DNA of 63,424 nt, the filler included, from Stramenopiles sp. TOSAG23-2 (Eukaryota): NCBI GenBank assembly GCA_900128395.1. It is 6 parts of 6 records of this genome, joined end to end, with 100 filler letters (N's around TTAATTAATTAA, not from the genome) between each part and the next. Parts side by side here need not be neighbours in the genome. Positions count along the whole stretch, not along the records: positions 28,423 to 56,626 come from LT649404.1; 5 more parts are not named here. One strand, given 5' to 3'. Positions 45,606-55,700 of this stretch are shown here, piece after piece. Positions within the stretch are counted from its first letter, which is position 1. Each line of letters begins with the position of its first letter. The notes below the pieces were generated by a model that was given only the letters and a program-made list of their open reading frames with translations, searched no databases and was not told the DNA's origin. A program made the position numbers and the translations under genes.

Positions 45606-48600
45606 ATGAATCAAATATTCGAAAGTGACAAAATAAACAAAAACATACATGATGGCATCTTATACGAAAATGACGCTAACCTACGAGAAGCAGAAAAATC
45701 AATCTCAGCCTTACAAGAATGTGATAAACGGGACTTTATAAAGGCTAGATTGGCATTTATCAAATTATACCCAGTCCCGCTTGATTTCGTATCGTTTAAA
45801 GAATTAATATCATGTTTAGACGATGCATCTGATGAAAGGAATCCAATACATTGGTTGAACAAAATAGCTGATGGAGTTGCGGGTAAAAACGATTATGTAA
45901 ATTTATGTAATCGATTTAAACAAGCTGCTATATTGACGGGTGACATGTATGATAAAGGCGAATCATATCCGTTGAGCGAGAAGTATGAGAAGAAGCCACG
46001 AACAATACAATCAACAAACAGTCCGTATGATAAAAATTTAAAAAATACGAATTTATGGGCAGTAGATGCATATCAAAATCATGGAGCAAAACATTATTAT
46101 GTGGGTGACCCAGTATCTATGTACAATCATCTACAAGGCGATAAACATGCATATGAACATTTACAAACAACACATTGTCATTCTGGTGGCAATAAGTCGT
46201 GTAGATTTTATTTGGATATCGATGGAGATAATATAAAGGAAGAGATTGTATGGAAAGAAACTTTAAATCAAGTTTTCGAAAAATTATTTAAAGTATTTCA
46301 AAAAGAAGGAGTGCTACTATATCCTGAGATGATGGCTGTATTGAGTGCACACAATAAAGATATGGGTAAGATGTCGTACCATCTTCATTTTCCTATGGCA
46401 CCGGTGCTATTTGAAAGCATTGGTGGGATGGATAAGTTTATGAAGAAGTATAAAGCAGAATTAACTATTGGATTAGACGAGTACGGCTTATCGTCAGGTT
46501 CTATTCCTAAGATCGATATGTGTATTTACAATGATCGACCATTTAGGCTGGTAAATCAGAGCAAATGGAAAGAGAATCCCCGTGTATTGACTATTCGTAA
46601 TGGAAAACAAGATGAATTATCCTTTTTAATTTTCAATATGTTATTAATTCAGGGTGAGAAGTTGAATAATCAATATTACCTAAATGTGGAAAGCGAATCA
46701 ATAGTTGCTAGTTCGGTACGTAAACGGCGGAAGGTTAATCCAGCTGTACCGGAAACGATATACAATGATGAAATCCGCACTAAGGTAATAGAAATATTGA
46801 AAAAAGGGGACTACGAACGATTAAATAAAGTAACGTTTGGGGAATTGAGACGTATTAATGAGTTTTGTTATGCGCTAAAACTAGTATCTATGGGCAACTA
46901 TTGTCCGGTAGAGAATACAGAAAAAAAATGCATGCATCGAGCTGACATTAAAATCACCCCAAATAAGTGTACAATCGAATGCTTTGGTAACTGTGATCCA
47001 GTTGAATCCAATACTCCTTTAGAGATGAAGCATGTATTATTTCCTAATCTCCCTACAGATAAAGTATTGGTCTATTTTCAAGAAGGCGTTAGTATGTACG
47101 ATTTTTTAAAAGTAGATTCCTCTGCTAGTTTACAAGAAATAAAGAAAAAGATCAATGCTCAAAGGGGCAGCATTACATTATGGGTAACCTTACGGGCTGA
47201 GGCGGAACAATTTGAAACGAAAGTTGCATTTATTCAATCAAAAACAAATACAAAAACAGACAAAAAACATTTGGAGAAGGCGTGGGACGATACACAGCGC
47301 CCTAATTGGACTGAACGGAGAAGAAAGATAGATAATCGTTTAGACAGTTGTAGGTACATTGTTGGATCTATGAACCAAAATGATTTATACTCTATATTCA
47401 GAGTCTTAACACTTGAGTACCCAGACTCGTGGCAACATGTATGGAATGAATTGTCAATAAACCAATTATATGTTCGATATGTTTTATCAATCATAGAAGA
47501 TAAAGACTTTATTCGCATACACGAGACAGTATCTCAATGGAACGACAACAAAAAATGCTATGTGAAAGATTGGGCTAATGATGAAAATGATTTTACTCTG
47601 GATTCCTTTATCACTTGGATTAACAAGAAGAACGAAAAAATTAAAGGGGTATATGGAAGAATTCGAGACACAAATAAACTTAAAGATTTATTAAGAAATG
47701 AATGGAAAACCACGGTAATTAAAATGAGATATTACGGATTTATAAATGGTATTTATGACAGAGATACACGTATCTTCTATGCGTATGACAAATTCACTGC
47801 TATAGATTCAAGTAGAGTGAAAAAATACAATGGGCAAAAATTCATTTGTTATAAGTATTACAATAGGGAATTTGAACAAGCAGCTGACCCTGTTCAAATT
47901 GAAGGGTCTGAAAATCCGTTTGATAAAACGTTTCATGGTACTACAACTATTGTTGATATTATATTGGAATCACAAAAATTACCACCCTGTGATATTTTTT
48001 TAGTATATGCATGTATAGGTCGTTCTCTTTATCTATTAAAGGAAAAAGATGAAGCCAAATGTTGCTTCTACTTACTAGGTGAATCCAATACAGGCAAATC
48101 AATTATATTATATATCATTCAATTATTCCACAGAGAAGAGTATGTTGTTGTGTTTGCGGCTAAAGGACATCAGCGTTTTGGATTCGATTACGAAGGGTAT
48201 CATATAGCAATTCACCCTGAAGCGTATGAAACTAATATGGATTCTGAAAAATTTAAAACATTAGTCGAAGGCGGAAGAACAACTAAAGCTGTAGCATGTG
48301 TTGGTGATATCCAATATACTGTAAAGGCTTCTACAGTAATGGCAGGGAACCCTGAAGAAGACTCGACTAAAGATTTCAAATATATTAAAGATAATAAAAA
48401 CGGTGTCTCAAATCGATTGATAGTGGTTCCATTTGATCATAAAATCGACGAGCAGAGTAGGAAAGAGATGCTTCTAAAAAAATATCCTGATATAGAATTA
48501 ACGGCTTCAGAAGCGATGCTAAAAAGTATGTTTGATGAAACCAAATCATCTTGTAGACATCTTCCGATAATTCTAGAGAGAAGTCTTTATGCCTACAATT

Positions 48601-49205
48601 TATTTTGTGAGGAATTAAAGAAGAAATCTTACTGGTATGAGCTTCTTAACCCGCCTAGCATCATTTTACAGCGCCGGATGAGTAACGTATTAGATTTGAA
48701 AGGTTTCCTAAAGGAATGGTTCGATATCAATAAGAAAATGTCGGTTAATGAATTACGAGTTGTTAGGAAAAAGAAAGAAAAAATTGTAATACATGAAGCT
48801 GATGAAGAAAAATATGGACTCAGATATAGGGGTCATCCAGAATCCAATAAAAAATGTGATAGTATGTATTATGAGGATTTCATAGAAACGTATGAGCATT
48901 TTACCAAAAGTAAGCCTAAAAATAGCAAACTGGAAAGGTATTCATACAGTAATTTGGTCCATGTACTATTTGAAAACGATATTCTATTACGAAAGATTGA
49001 TTTCGGTGATTCAGTTAAAAAGGAAGAAGTCTACCTAACCCGTGGAAAAACAAGGGGGGAGGAAAGATTAAATTGGGTTTTGTTTGGTATTAAACCAAAA
49101 ATGACCAACCCTAACCATGGGAATCCTGAACCGAGAATAGAAAGAAAACAATATGGAAATTTGTGTTTATTAAAAAAAAATGGATTTTTGGTTGATAGGT
49201 CGTAA
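45606..49205 (+). CDS. PrimPol/AEP primase-polymerase fused to a D5-like superfamily 3 helicase
   Basis: AEP motifs HAYE, RFYLDID (DxD), KMSYHLHF (SxH) and IDMCIYNDRPFRL..QSK. Cys/His zinc-finger-like segment. D5-type GFINGIYD, Walker A GESNTGKS (48078-48101), IHPE, VMAGN and NRLIVVPF. Confidence 0.9.
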   Translation: MNQIFESDKINKNIHDGILYENDANLREAEKSISALQECDKRDFIKARLAFIKLYPVPLDFVSFKELISCLDDASDERNPIHWLNKIADGVAGKNDYVNLCNRFKQAAILTGDMYDKGESYPLSEKYEKKPRTIQSTNSPYDKNLKNTNLWAVDAYQNHGAKHYYVGDPVSMYNHLQGDKHAYEHLQTTHCHSGGNKSCRFYLDIDGDNIKEEIVWKETLNQVFEKLFKVFQKEGVLLYPEMMAVLSAHNKDMGKMSYHLHFPMAPVLFESIGGMDKFMKKYKAELTIGLDEYGLSSGSIPKIDMCIYNDRPFRLVNQSKWKENPRVLTIRNGKQDELSFLIFNMLLIQGEKLNNQYYLNVESESIVASSVRKRRKVNPAVPETIYNDEIRTKVIEILKKGDYERLNKVTFGELRRINEFCYALKLVSMGNYCPVENTEKKCMHRADIKITPNKCTIECFGNCDPVESNTPLEMKHVLFPNLPTDKVLVYFQEGVSMYDFLKVDSSASLQEIKKKINAQRGSITLWVTLRAEAEQFETKVAFIQSKTNTKTDKKHLEKAWDDTQRPNWTERRRKIDNRLDSCRYIVGSMNQNDLYSIFRVLTLEYPDSWQHVWNELSINQLYVRYVLSIIEDKDFIRIHETVSQWNDNKKCYVKDWANDENDFTLDSFITWINKKNEKIKGVYGRIRDTNKLKDLLRNEWKTTVIKMRYYGFINGIYDRDTRIFYAYDKFTAIDSSRVKKYNGQKFICYKYYNREFEQAADPVQIEGSENPFDKTFHGTTTIVDIILESQKLPPCDIFLVYACIGRSLYLLKEKDEAKCCFYLLGESNTGKSIILYIIQLFHREEYVVVFAAKGHQRFGFDYEGYHIAIHPEAYETNMDSEKFKTLVEGGRTTKAVACVGDIQYTVKASTVMAGNPEEDSTKDFKYIKDNKNGVSNRLIVVPFDHKIDEQSRKEMLLKKYPDIELTASEAMLKSMFDETKSSCRHLPIILERSLYAYNLFCEELKKKSYWYELLNPPSIILQRRMSNVLDLKGFLKEWFDINKKMSVNELRVVRKKKEKIVIHEADEEKYGLRYRGHPESNKKCDSMYYEDFIETYEHFTKSKPKNSKLERYSYSNLVHVLFENDILLRKIDFGDSVKKEEVYLTRGKTRGEERLNWVLFGIKPKMTNPNHGNPEPRIERKQYGNLCLLKKNGFLVDRS

Positions 49206-49218
49206 ATGCTTTTTTATG

Positions 49219-49592
49219 TTATGTGAAGAATTTTCTGGGGTGTGACAAAAAAACCTTCACACGATCACACGGATTTATGTGAAGATGTGAAGAATTTTCT
49301 GGGGTGTCGTAAAAAACCTTCACACAATCACACGGATTTATGTGAAGATGTGAAGATAATTTCAGGTGTTGACAAAAAAACCTTCACACGATCACACGGA
49401 TTTATGTGAAGATGTGAAGAATTTTCTGGGGTGTCGTAAAAAACCTTCACACAATCACACGGATTTATGTGAAGATGTGAAGATAATTTCAGGTGTTGAC
49501 AAAAAAACCTTCACACGATCACACGGATTTATGTGAAGATGTGAAGAATTTTCTGAAAAACCTTCACACGGTCACACGGGTTTATGTGAAGA
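49219..49592. repeat. Tandem array of six ~63/64-bp units (alternating A/B, 127-bp higher-order repeat); candidate replication origin
   Basis: CCTTCACAC recurs at 49254, 49317, 49381, 49444, 49508 and 49561 (periods 63, 64, 63, 64, 53). Each unit has TGTGAAG and its inverse CTTCACA. Confidence 0.95.
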
Positions 49593-49640
49593 TAAATGTA
49601 AAATGTTGTATAAATATTTAAGTTCTGATACATAGAGGGT

Positions 49641-50102
49641 ATGGAATCACTGAAACATTTTATAACATCAGGTAGAAGTGCTCCTCAATGTGGAATTACA
49701 CAACAGAAAATAGATGTCCTAAGAGGGTACAAGACTGTTACGGTAGGTGGTAAGACTTACGAAACATCAGAAATCTTGAACCGGGTTCATTCATGCGACG
49801 ATTGCAATAAATTAAAATTGAAGATAAAGGCACTAGAGCTACAATTAGAGAAATACGCTGCTCCCCCAGTTGAGTCAGTACAAACAATCCTAGAAGATTT
49901 CTTTAAATCAAATTATGTACGTGTGGGAAGTAGGAGATACTCCAGACGAGATTTTTTTAATGAAGTGGTGTCGTATATGCGACAGCATGATATTATTATT
50001 CTTACACCGAAGGACGAACGTTATAAGCTTTTCTTGAGAAACACTGTGGGTGATAGTAGTAACAATTACAAGCGCCTGAAAATTACCAAATCAAATATTT
50101 GA
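49641..50102 (+). CDS. Viral-island hypothetical protein (153 aa; CxxC, coiled coil, basic C-terminus)
   Basis: ATG-initiated ORF ~30 nt downstream of GTATAAATA; HSCDDC motif. Confidence 0.7.
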   Translation: MESLKHFITSGRSAPQCGITQQKIDVLRGYKTVTVGGKTYETSEILNRVHSCDDCNKLKLKIKALELQLEKYAAPPVESVQTILEDFFKSNYVRVGSRRYSRRDFFNEVVSYMRQHDIIILTPKDERYKLFLRNTVGDSSNNYKRLKITKSNI

Positions 50103-50154
50103 TGAAACAAGATAATATATATATATATATATATATCATTACAATTAATAAAAC

Positions 50155-50391
50155 ATGGTTGTTGGCGACGCATACATTGATATTCAAGGTTTTATTTACA
50201 TTGAAAAACGAGGTTTTAGGGTAAAACCTGACAAAATAATTTGGTGTCACGCCAGAAGAAGATACGATTATTTTAAATTTAAAAAAGGTAAACTGACATT
50301 AATCCCATTTGAGAAAGTTCACCCGAAGTTTTTTTTCTGGGACTGTAGATCCAATCTTAATAAAGAATTTGTACATCCCCATAACTTGTAG
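50155..50391 (+). CDS. Viral-island small hypothetical protein (78 aa)
   Basis: ATG ORF with AAAC context, after a (TA)n tract, in a tightly packed cluster. Confidence 0.55.
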   Translation: MVVGDAYIDIQGFIYIEKRGFRVKPDKIIWCHARRRYDYFKFKKGKLTLIPFEKVHPKFFFWDCRSNLNKEFVHPHNL

Positions 50392-50505
50392 GTGTATGGA
50401 TTGTGTGTGTACTGTAGATCTTTAACAAACATCTGGGTTATTATAACCGGACCAGATAAAATTTTATTTTATAAAATTAAATTATCTTATATTTTTTAAA
50501 GTTGT

Positions 50506-50970
50506 TTAAGAAAATTCATATGGTTTCTCGCTAGTACTAATAGCTCTGGGTGGAGGCTTTAGTTTTGAAGCTAAATTAATCTTATGGGCACTAAGTCTCA
50601 TCCATGTACTACAAGCGGTCGAGTTTAACCCATTCTTATTCTTCATTTTTCTTAATAATACATCCTGCATTTCTTTAACTAGACGAATATCTTGTGAAAT
50701 GATCCTCCGAAGATTGAGAGTATGCGATTCGTAGTGAATTTGGAAATCTATAAAATTTATGTCTATATATTCTAAATTCTGATCTTTTAACGTTTTATTA
50801 CGATGTTTAAATGCCTCATACATGGTTTTATACATGTTTACTTTCGAAGTACTAGATGCCAACGCTTCCTGTAGCTGTACTAAATATGCATCATTATTAT
50901 ATTTGCATAGGACACACTCTTTACACCCTACTTCTTCCTCCAATACGCTCTCATCCAGATTTAGATCCAT
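50506..50970 (-). CDS. Viral-island hypothetical protein with an N-terminal Cys cluster (154 aa)
   Basis: ATG ORF; CKECVLC plus HYESH, possibly Zn-binding. Confidence 0.7.
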   Translation of the reverse strand: MDLNLDESVLEEEVGCKECVLCKYNNDAYLVQLQEALASSTSKVNMYKTMYEAFKHRNKTLKDQNLEYIDINFIDFQIHYESHTLNLRRIISQDIRLVKEMQDVLLRKMKNKNGLNSTACSTWMRLSAHKINLASKLKPPPRAISTSEKPYEFS

Positions 50971-51020
50971 TTATAATTAGAAATGTTATTGTATATATAT
51001 GTTCAAATTTTTGAAGTAAA

Positions 51021-51257
51021 ATGAAGTACGGGACTTTAGCTATTACATTCAACCCTTCCAACATACAGAAAGATTGGTTACTATCTAGATATCCCAGCAT
51101 ACGTGAATATTTTACAAACACGACTTATGAAATCCTAGGGCAATTTGATATCCAGCAGACTGTACACTATGATTCTGTGCCTACCTATTTATTAGAAAAT
51201 ACGAAAAAAAAATTACAAATGTCAGATTTTCAATTTGAAATGTATATATATGAATAA
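51021..51257 (+). CDS. Viral-island small hypothetical protein (78 aa)
   Basis: ATG ORF 30 nt after GTATATATA, divergent from 50970. Confidence 0.55.
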   Translation: MKYGTLAITFNPSNIQKDWLLSRYPSIREYFTNTTYEILGQFDIQQTVHYDSVPTYLLENTKKKLQMSDFQFEMYIYE

Positions 51258-51274
51258 TAATGTATATATATAAT

Positions 51275-51511
51275 ATGAACCTAATAGTTCATTTTCCATT
51301 CGGTGTTGTAAACGAAGAAAAATTGATGAAACAAATAGGAGCCGAGGGGTACGATGGCTGGGAATATACATTAGCACCTAAAGCGGTTACAAAACGACTG
51401 TACTGGTACAACTTAGATAAAAATAAAATAAGATATGCCGCATATGTGCTGGAGAAGGAAGAACATGTGAAGTATAAAATCACACATAAATATAATTGGA
51501 ATTTTGACTGA
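51275..51511 (+). CDS. Viral-island small hypothetical protein (~78 aa)
   Basis: ORF 51260..51511; likely start MNLIV at 51275 after TATATA. Confidence 0.55.
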   Translation: MNLIVHFPFGVVNEEKLMKQIGAEGYDGWEYTLAPKAVTKRLYWYNLDKNKIRYAAYVLEKEEHVKYKITHKYNWNFD

Positions 51512-51572
51512 CCCTTATTTTGACAAGAGAAAAAAGAAGGTATATATATGCCCATATAGTTACATATATTCA

Positions 51573-51905
51573 ATGAAAATTACAGAGAAACAAAACGAGC
51601 TCCTAGAAAATGTATGTATCGGCTTTAACTTTAAAAATGCAAATGATAAAGTAACGAAAATAAATAGAGGTGACGCGGAAGAAGCCACCGAAATAATAAA
51701 GTCATTGAGAAAAGAAATATTAAATCATTATCCCTACGATTATGTTTTGAAACTTAAGACGGGTGAAATTAGTCCTAAAGCCAACCTCACAATCTTACGT
51801 CAGATGCTTAGGTTGCACGGAAGACGTTTAGTTAGTAAGAGAGAGTACGTCTGGGATAAAAGAAATAAAAAAACTGTGAGTAAATATACTTATAATTTAT
51901 TGTAA
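51573..51905 (+). CDS. Viral-island small basic protein (~110 aa)
   Basis: First ATG at 51573, after GTATATATA. Basic LTILRQMLRLHGRRLVSKREY segment. Confidence 0.65.
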   Translation: MKITEKQNELLENVCIGFNFKNANDKVTKINRGDAEEATEIIKSLRKEILNHYPYDYVLKLKTGEISPKANLTILRQMLRLHGRRLVSKREYVWDKRNKKTVSKYTYNLL

Positions 51906-51994
51906 TATTTTAAATATTTGATGGAAACCCAATTATCATAATTATAACAATATTCTTATACATTATTATAAAATCATAGACACTTATTATATAT

Positions 51995-52471
51995 TTAAAA
52001 CTTACTCCCGTACATGGCTTCTGCCTGTCTTCTCCCGTACATGGCTACTGCCTGTCTCCTATCTTCAATCATCAAATCACCGAAGTAGAAACCATGTGAA
52101 TCGTCATGTATCATGAATAGACAATTTTTTAAATTGAATGTCTTATACCTAAACCCCTCTTCGAAAAACCCCCAGATTATGTTTCTATCCACATAACAGT
52201 TATAATAAACAATTGCGCTAATTATCCATGTATAAAAATTTCTTTTTATATTCGTTGTCTCCGGAAGGTTACTAATTTGGAAAGGATTTATGTACAACCC
52301 ACCAACAGTCCCGGTATATCCGAATATAGGATCATCTGGTTTTTTATAAGCTTTAATTAGCTCTTTAAATTCTTTCATATACGGATATGATGGCACTAAA
52401 TGGATGCTTACATAGTTATTCACAACTTCTGGAATTTTTACAAAATTTCTATTTATGAAATTTCTTAACAT
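51995..52471 (-). CDS. Viral-island hypothetical protein (~158 aa)
   Basis: First ATG at 52471. The C-terminus has a short tandem duplication RRQAVAMYG/RRQAEAMYG. Confidence 0.6.
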   Translation of the reverse strand: MLRNFINRNFVKIPEVVNNYVSIHLVPSYPYMKEFKELIKAYKKPDDPIFGYTGTVGGLYINPFQISNLPETTNIKRNFYTWIISAIVYYNCYVDRNIIWGFFEEGFRYKTFNLKNCLFMIHDDSHGFYFGDLMIEDRRQAVAMYGRRQAEAMYGSKF

Positions 52472-52556
52472 TTTATATAAAATTTGTTTGCTTATATACT
52501 CCTCAAAAATTTGAGTAGTGGATTTTAAAAAAAGAAATAAAATATTATGCGTCACT

Positions 52557-52739
52557 ATGTATTCAATTCCACCCCACTATAAATATGCCAACTGGTTTAT
52601 GATGATGAAAAACGTTTATGAAAAAGCTTTACAAAATTATATCAAATTGATAATGGATGATAAATCACCACCTAAAATACACCATTTAAAACAGTTATTA
52701 CTCTTGAATCAAAAGAATTACATTTTCAGTAAGTTATAA
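52557..52739 (+). CDS. Viral-island small hypothetical protein (~60 aa)
   Basis: ATG at 52557; ends convergent with the large recombinase gene, 11 nt apart. Confidence 0.4.
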   Translation: MYSIPPHYKYANWFMMMKNVYEKALQNYIKLIMDDKSPPKIHHLKQLLLLNQKNYIFSKL

Positions 52740-52750
52740 TGTATTATTTA

Positions 52751-55700
52751 CTATAGTCTTCGTTTTTTATTACTACCATTATTATCTTCTTTCTTTCGTT
52801 TTAAACACCTTGTAACACAATCACATACACTGCTACCGTGTTTCTTATCCCATATTTGTCCTGCTTTTTTCATTACTTCGTCATATCGCTTTCTTACCGC
52901 TATATGTAAATCTGAGGGATTTGAAATTTTAGTTTCTAAGTCATCTAAAACTTCATATACCTTCCAAACACTCTGTAAATAGAAAATCTGCATTGCCCTT
53001 TCATGCGCATTTAATCTGGACATATCAGATAATCTCGGTTTCAATTCACCTTCTGTTATAGTCGCTGGAATAAATTTATCAGGAATAGATTGCCTAGTAG
53101 GTCTTATTGTTGGGTGCGATGCCATACGTTCTGCCATAATCTGTAATTCCTCATTAGATAACACAGATTTTCCTATTATTAATTGTGAAAAATCATGCAA
53201 CGCGTCTGATTTACAAGGTTTATAGGAATTAATTGCAATTCGTTCAGTGGTATGATCCGCTGCCTCCATTATTCTTTCTTTTTGGTATTTCACTTCTCTT
53301 ACCACATCTGGAACAGACCTCAGTTCCGTCTGTAACAAATTTAATGCTGCCAATTTCAATTGATCTGATCCGTACCTACCCAGATGTTTAAACGATATAC
53401 TGCACTCCTTAGACATTGTTTTTAATTGCTCTGATATCGGAAATTTATATTTAAATTTGACTTCTCCACCAAAATATTTCTTATCCAATATAATCTCGTT
53501 CTCTATGTTTTTTAAAATGTAATTTAAAATATCGTATGACTTCATTATGCTGTCTCCACTTGATTTCACCACAGAGAATGGAGTGTATGCTGCCGTCTGT
53601 GCTTCTGGTGCGTGTTTCATGGGTAACAATTTCTCTTGTATTTCTCTACCATCCACAATAATAGATACTTTCTTGTCTGTGAGACTCTCGATATACTTAT
53701 TATTGGTCCATTTGTTTATATGCTTTTTTTTTAGATCCATTGGAATCATATCTTCTATATCACCTTTAAGATAAACCTCTGTCGCATCCGTTGGTATTCC
53801 TCTCACAGTCATATATGACCTATTACCATTCTCATAAAACGGGTAGATGAGAGGAAAAGTATGACATTTGACCATACGATTGTACCCAGAGTATTCGCTT
53901 AATGATGGACTGAAATTACTAATGTAATACCTAGGTTCATAATTGTTGTGTTTTACCCGGTGTCCCGTTAATTGTTCATACGCCCATACAATATCATCCA
54001 GTAATGGATACAAATATTTATACTTCTGTAGTTGAGACCCCTCCAAATCAATATTACGTCCATTCGTGTGTGCATTTTTGTGGTGTTTTACATATATGCG
54101 ATAGTAACCATCATGCACAATGATGTGTAGTCCATGTGTCAACATTGTCATGTCTTGTATATCAAATCTTTTCTTGAATTCGATTTCTGAGATAATATAT
54201 ATCTTCTTTAATAAAGGTTGTCTGCATTTTAGTTCATACGACAATACTGCCGTCAATAATACAGATATGTACCTCGCACGTACATTTCCTCTAAGTTGTT
54301 GACGTATATTCATAAACATATCCATTATTTCATCACATTGACTCCCAATAATGGTCGGATCGTCTCCATATATAGATTTGGTTGCCTTTTCTTTACTAAA
54401 AACCTTCGCCACCACTGATGCAGAGATATATAATCTCACCCACGTTACTGCCTTCTTATTGTGTAACATGAATTTGACAAATTGTTCCCATGATGTTATT
54501 GTCACAGGTAGATGTGCTCGCAGGTGCCAGAATGGGATTAATGGATAATAAGTATTTGGGTTGCCAAAATTGCCTCTAAAGTTAGTCTCATTGTATTTTT
54601 TTAATGTCAGATCTACATCGCGAGTAACATTAAGTGCTATACCTGTGGTTTGAATCATCTCATTGAATTCTGTCTGAGATGGTACTGAATATCCTTTAAC
54701 AATCTGCGCGATTTCCTCTTTTAATCGTTTCAATTTGCACTTAGACTCCTTCGCGCTACCCCCATACAGTGGTTGACAGTTTTTCCGTCGGTTACCCCTG
54801 AATTTGCGAACGCCCATAATCATGTGACATTCCTCTATAATGCCATTTGTGCATTTTTTTCTTGTGCTATATGCTAAAATTTTTAATGCATTTGCAATAT
54901 TTTTTGCGATCGTAGATATAGACTCTCCGTGAATTAATGTCTCCTCTATTTTGAAACCGTAACCATCTCCTTCTGCCTCTAATATACGATCAACAGTTAC
55001 ATTCTTGATATGTGCATAATATTGTGTCATTAGGGATGCAATAGTACGTTTATTATCCTCTAATCTGATTGGATAAAAAGATTTATTTGCGTTTTTGACG
55101 TATTTCATAATTCCTTTCGGTAAGAATGGTTGTTTTTCGTTTGCCATCCTTACAAAATTTTTACTACCTCTGTAATTATCTAATAACTCACGTTCATTTC
55201 GTTGTGAATAACGAGATAATACCCATATAAATTTCTCTTCTTTTCGAGGATTCAATATACATGCACGTAACGCAGTTTGCACCTCCTTTCTTGTGCTCTG
55301 TTTGACTCTATAGTCAGTTTTTTTCATGTGATTCAGTATAATTTCCAAGTGTTGCAAGTCCCAAATTTTCAAGGTTTTTATGCTCTTATTAAAATGTGGG
55401 TCATTTTGAATAAGTAATTCACGCATTCTTTTTCTCACAATATTGTAATGCTCTTTCTCATCCCTACGTTGTGTATAACACTCTAACATACGTGCATTCT
55501 GTTCGATGACTGCATTAACTTCTTTACTGATTCCGTATAAAGATATATATGCATGTTTGCCGTCAAAATATATGCAGTTATTTGGTCTACCAACCAATTC
55601 TTCTTTTTGGATACATATCGCACCTTCTTCATTCGTGTCTTCGATTTTAACCGGGTTAAATTTATTAAAGTTTCGTACTAGGAACATCGGTAATTTTTTT

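Noticed and set aside
49219-49592. CRISPR array (repeat-spacer appearance)
   Set aside because: The 'spacers' are two recurring related sequences rather than unique ones, no cas genes are present and the context is eukaryotic/viral.
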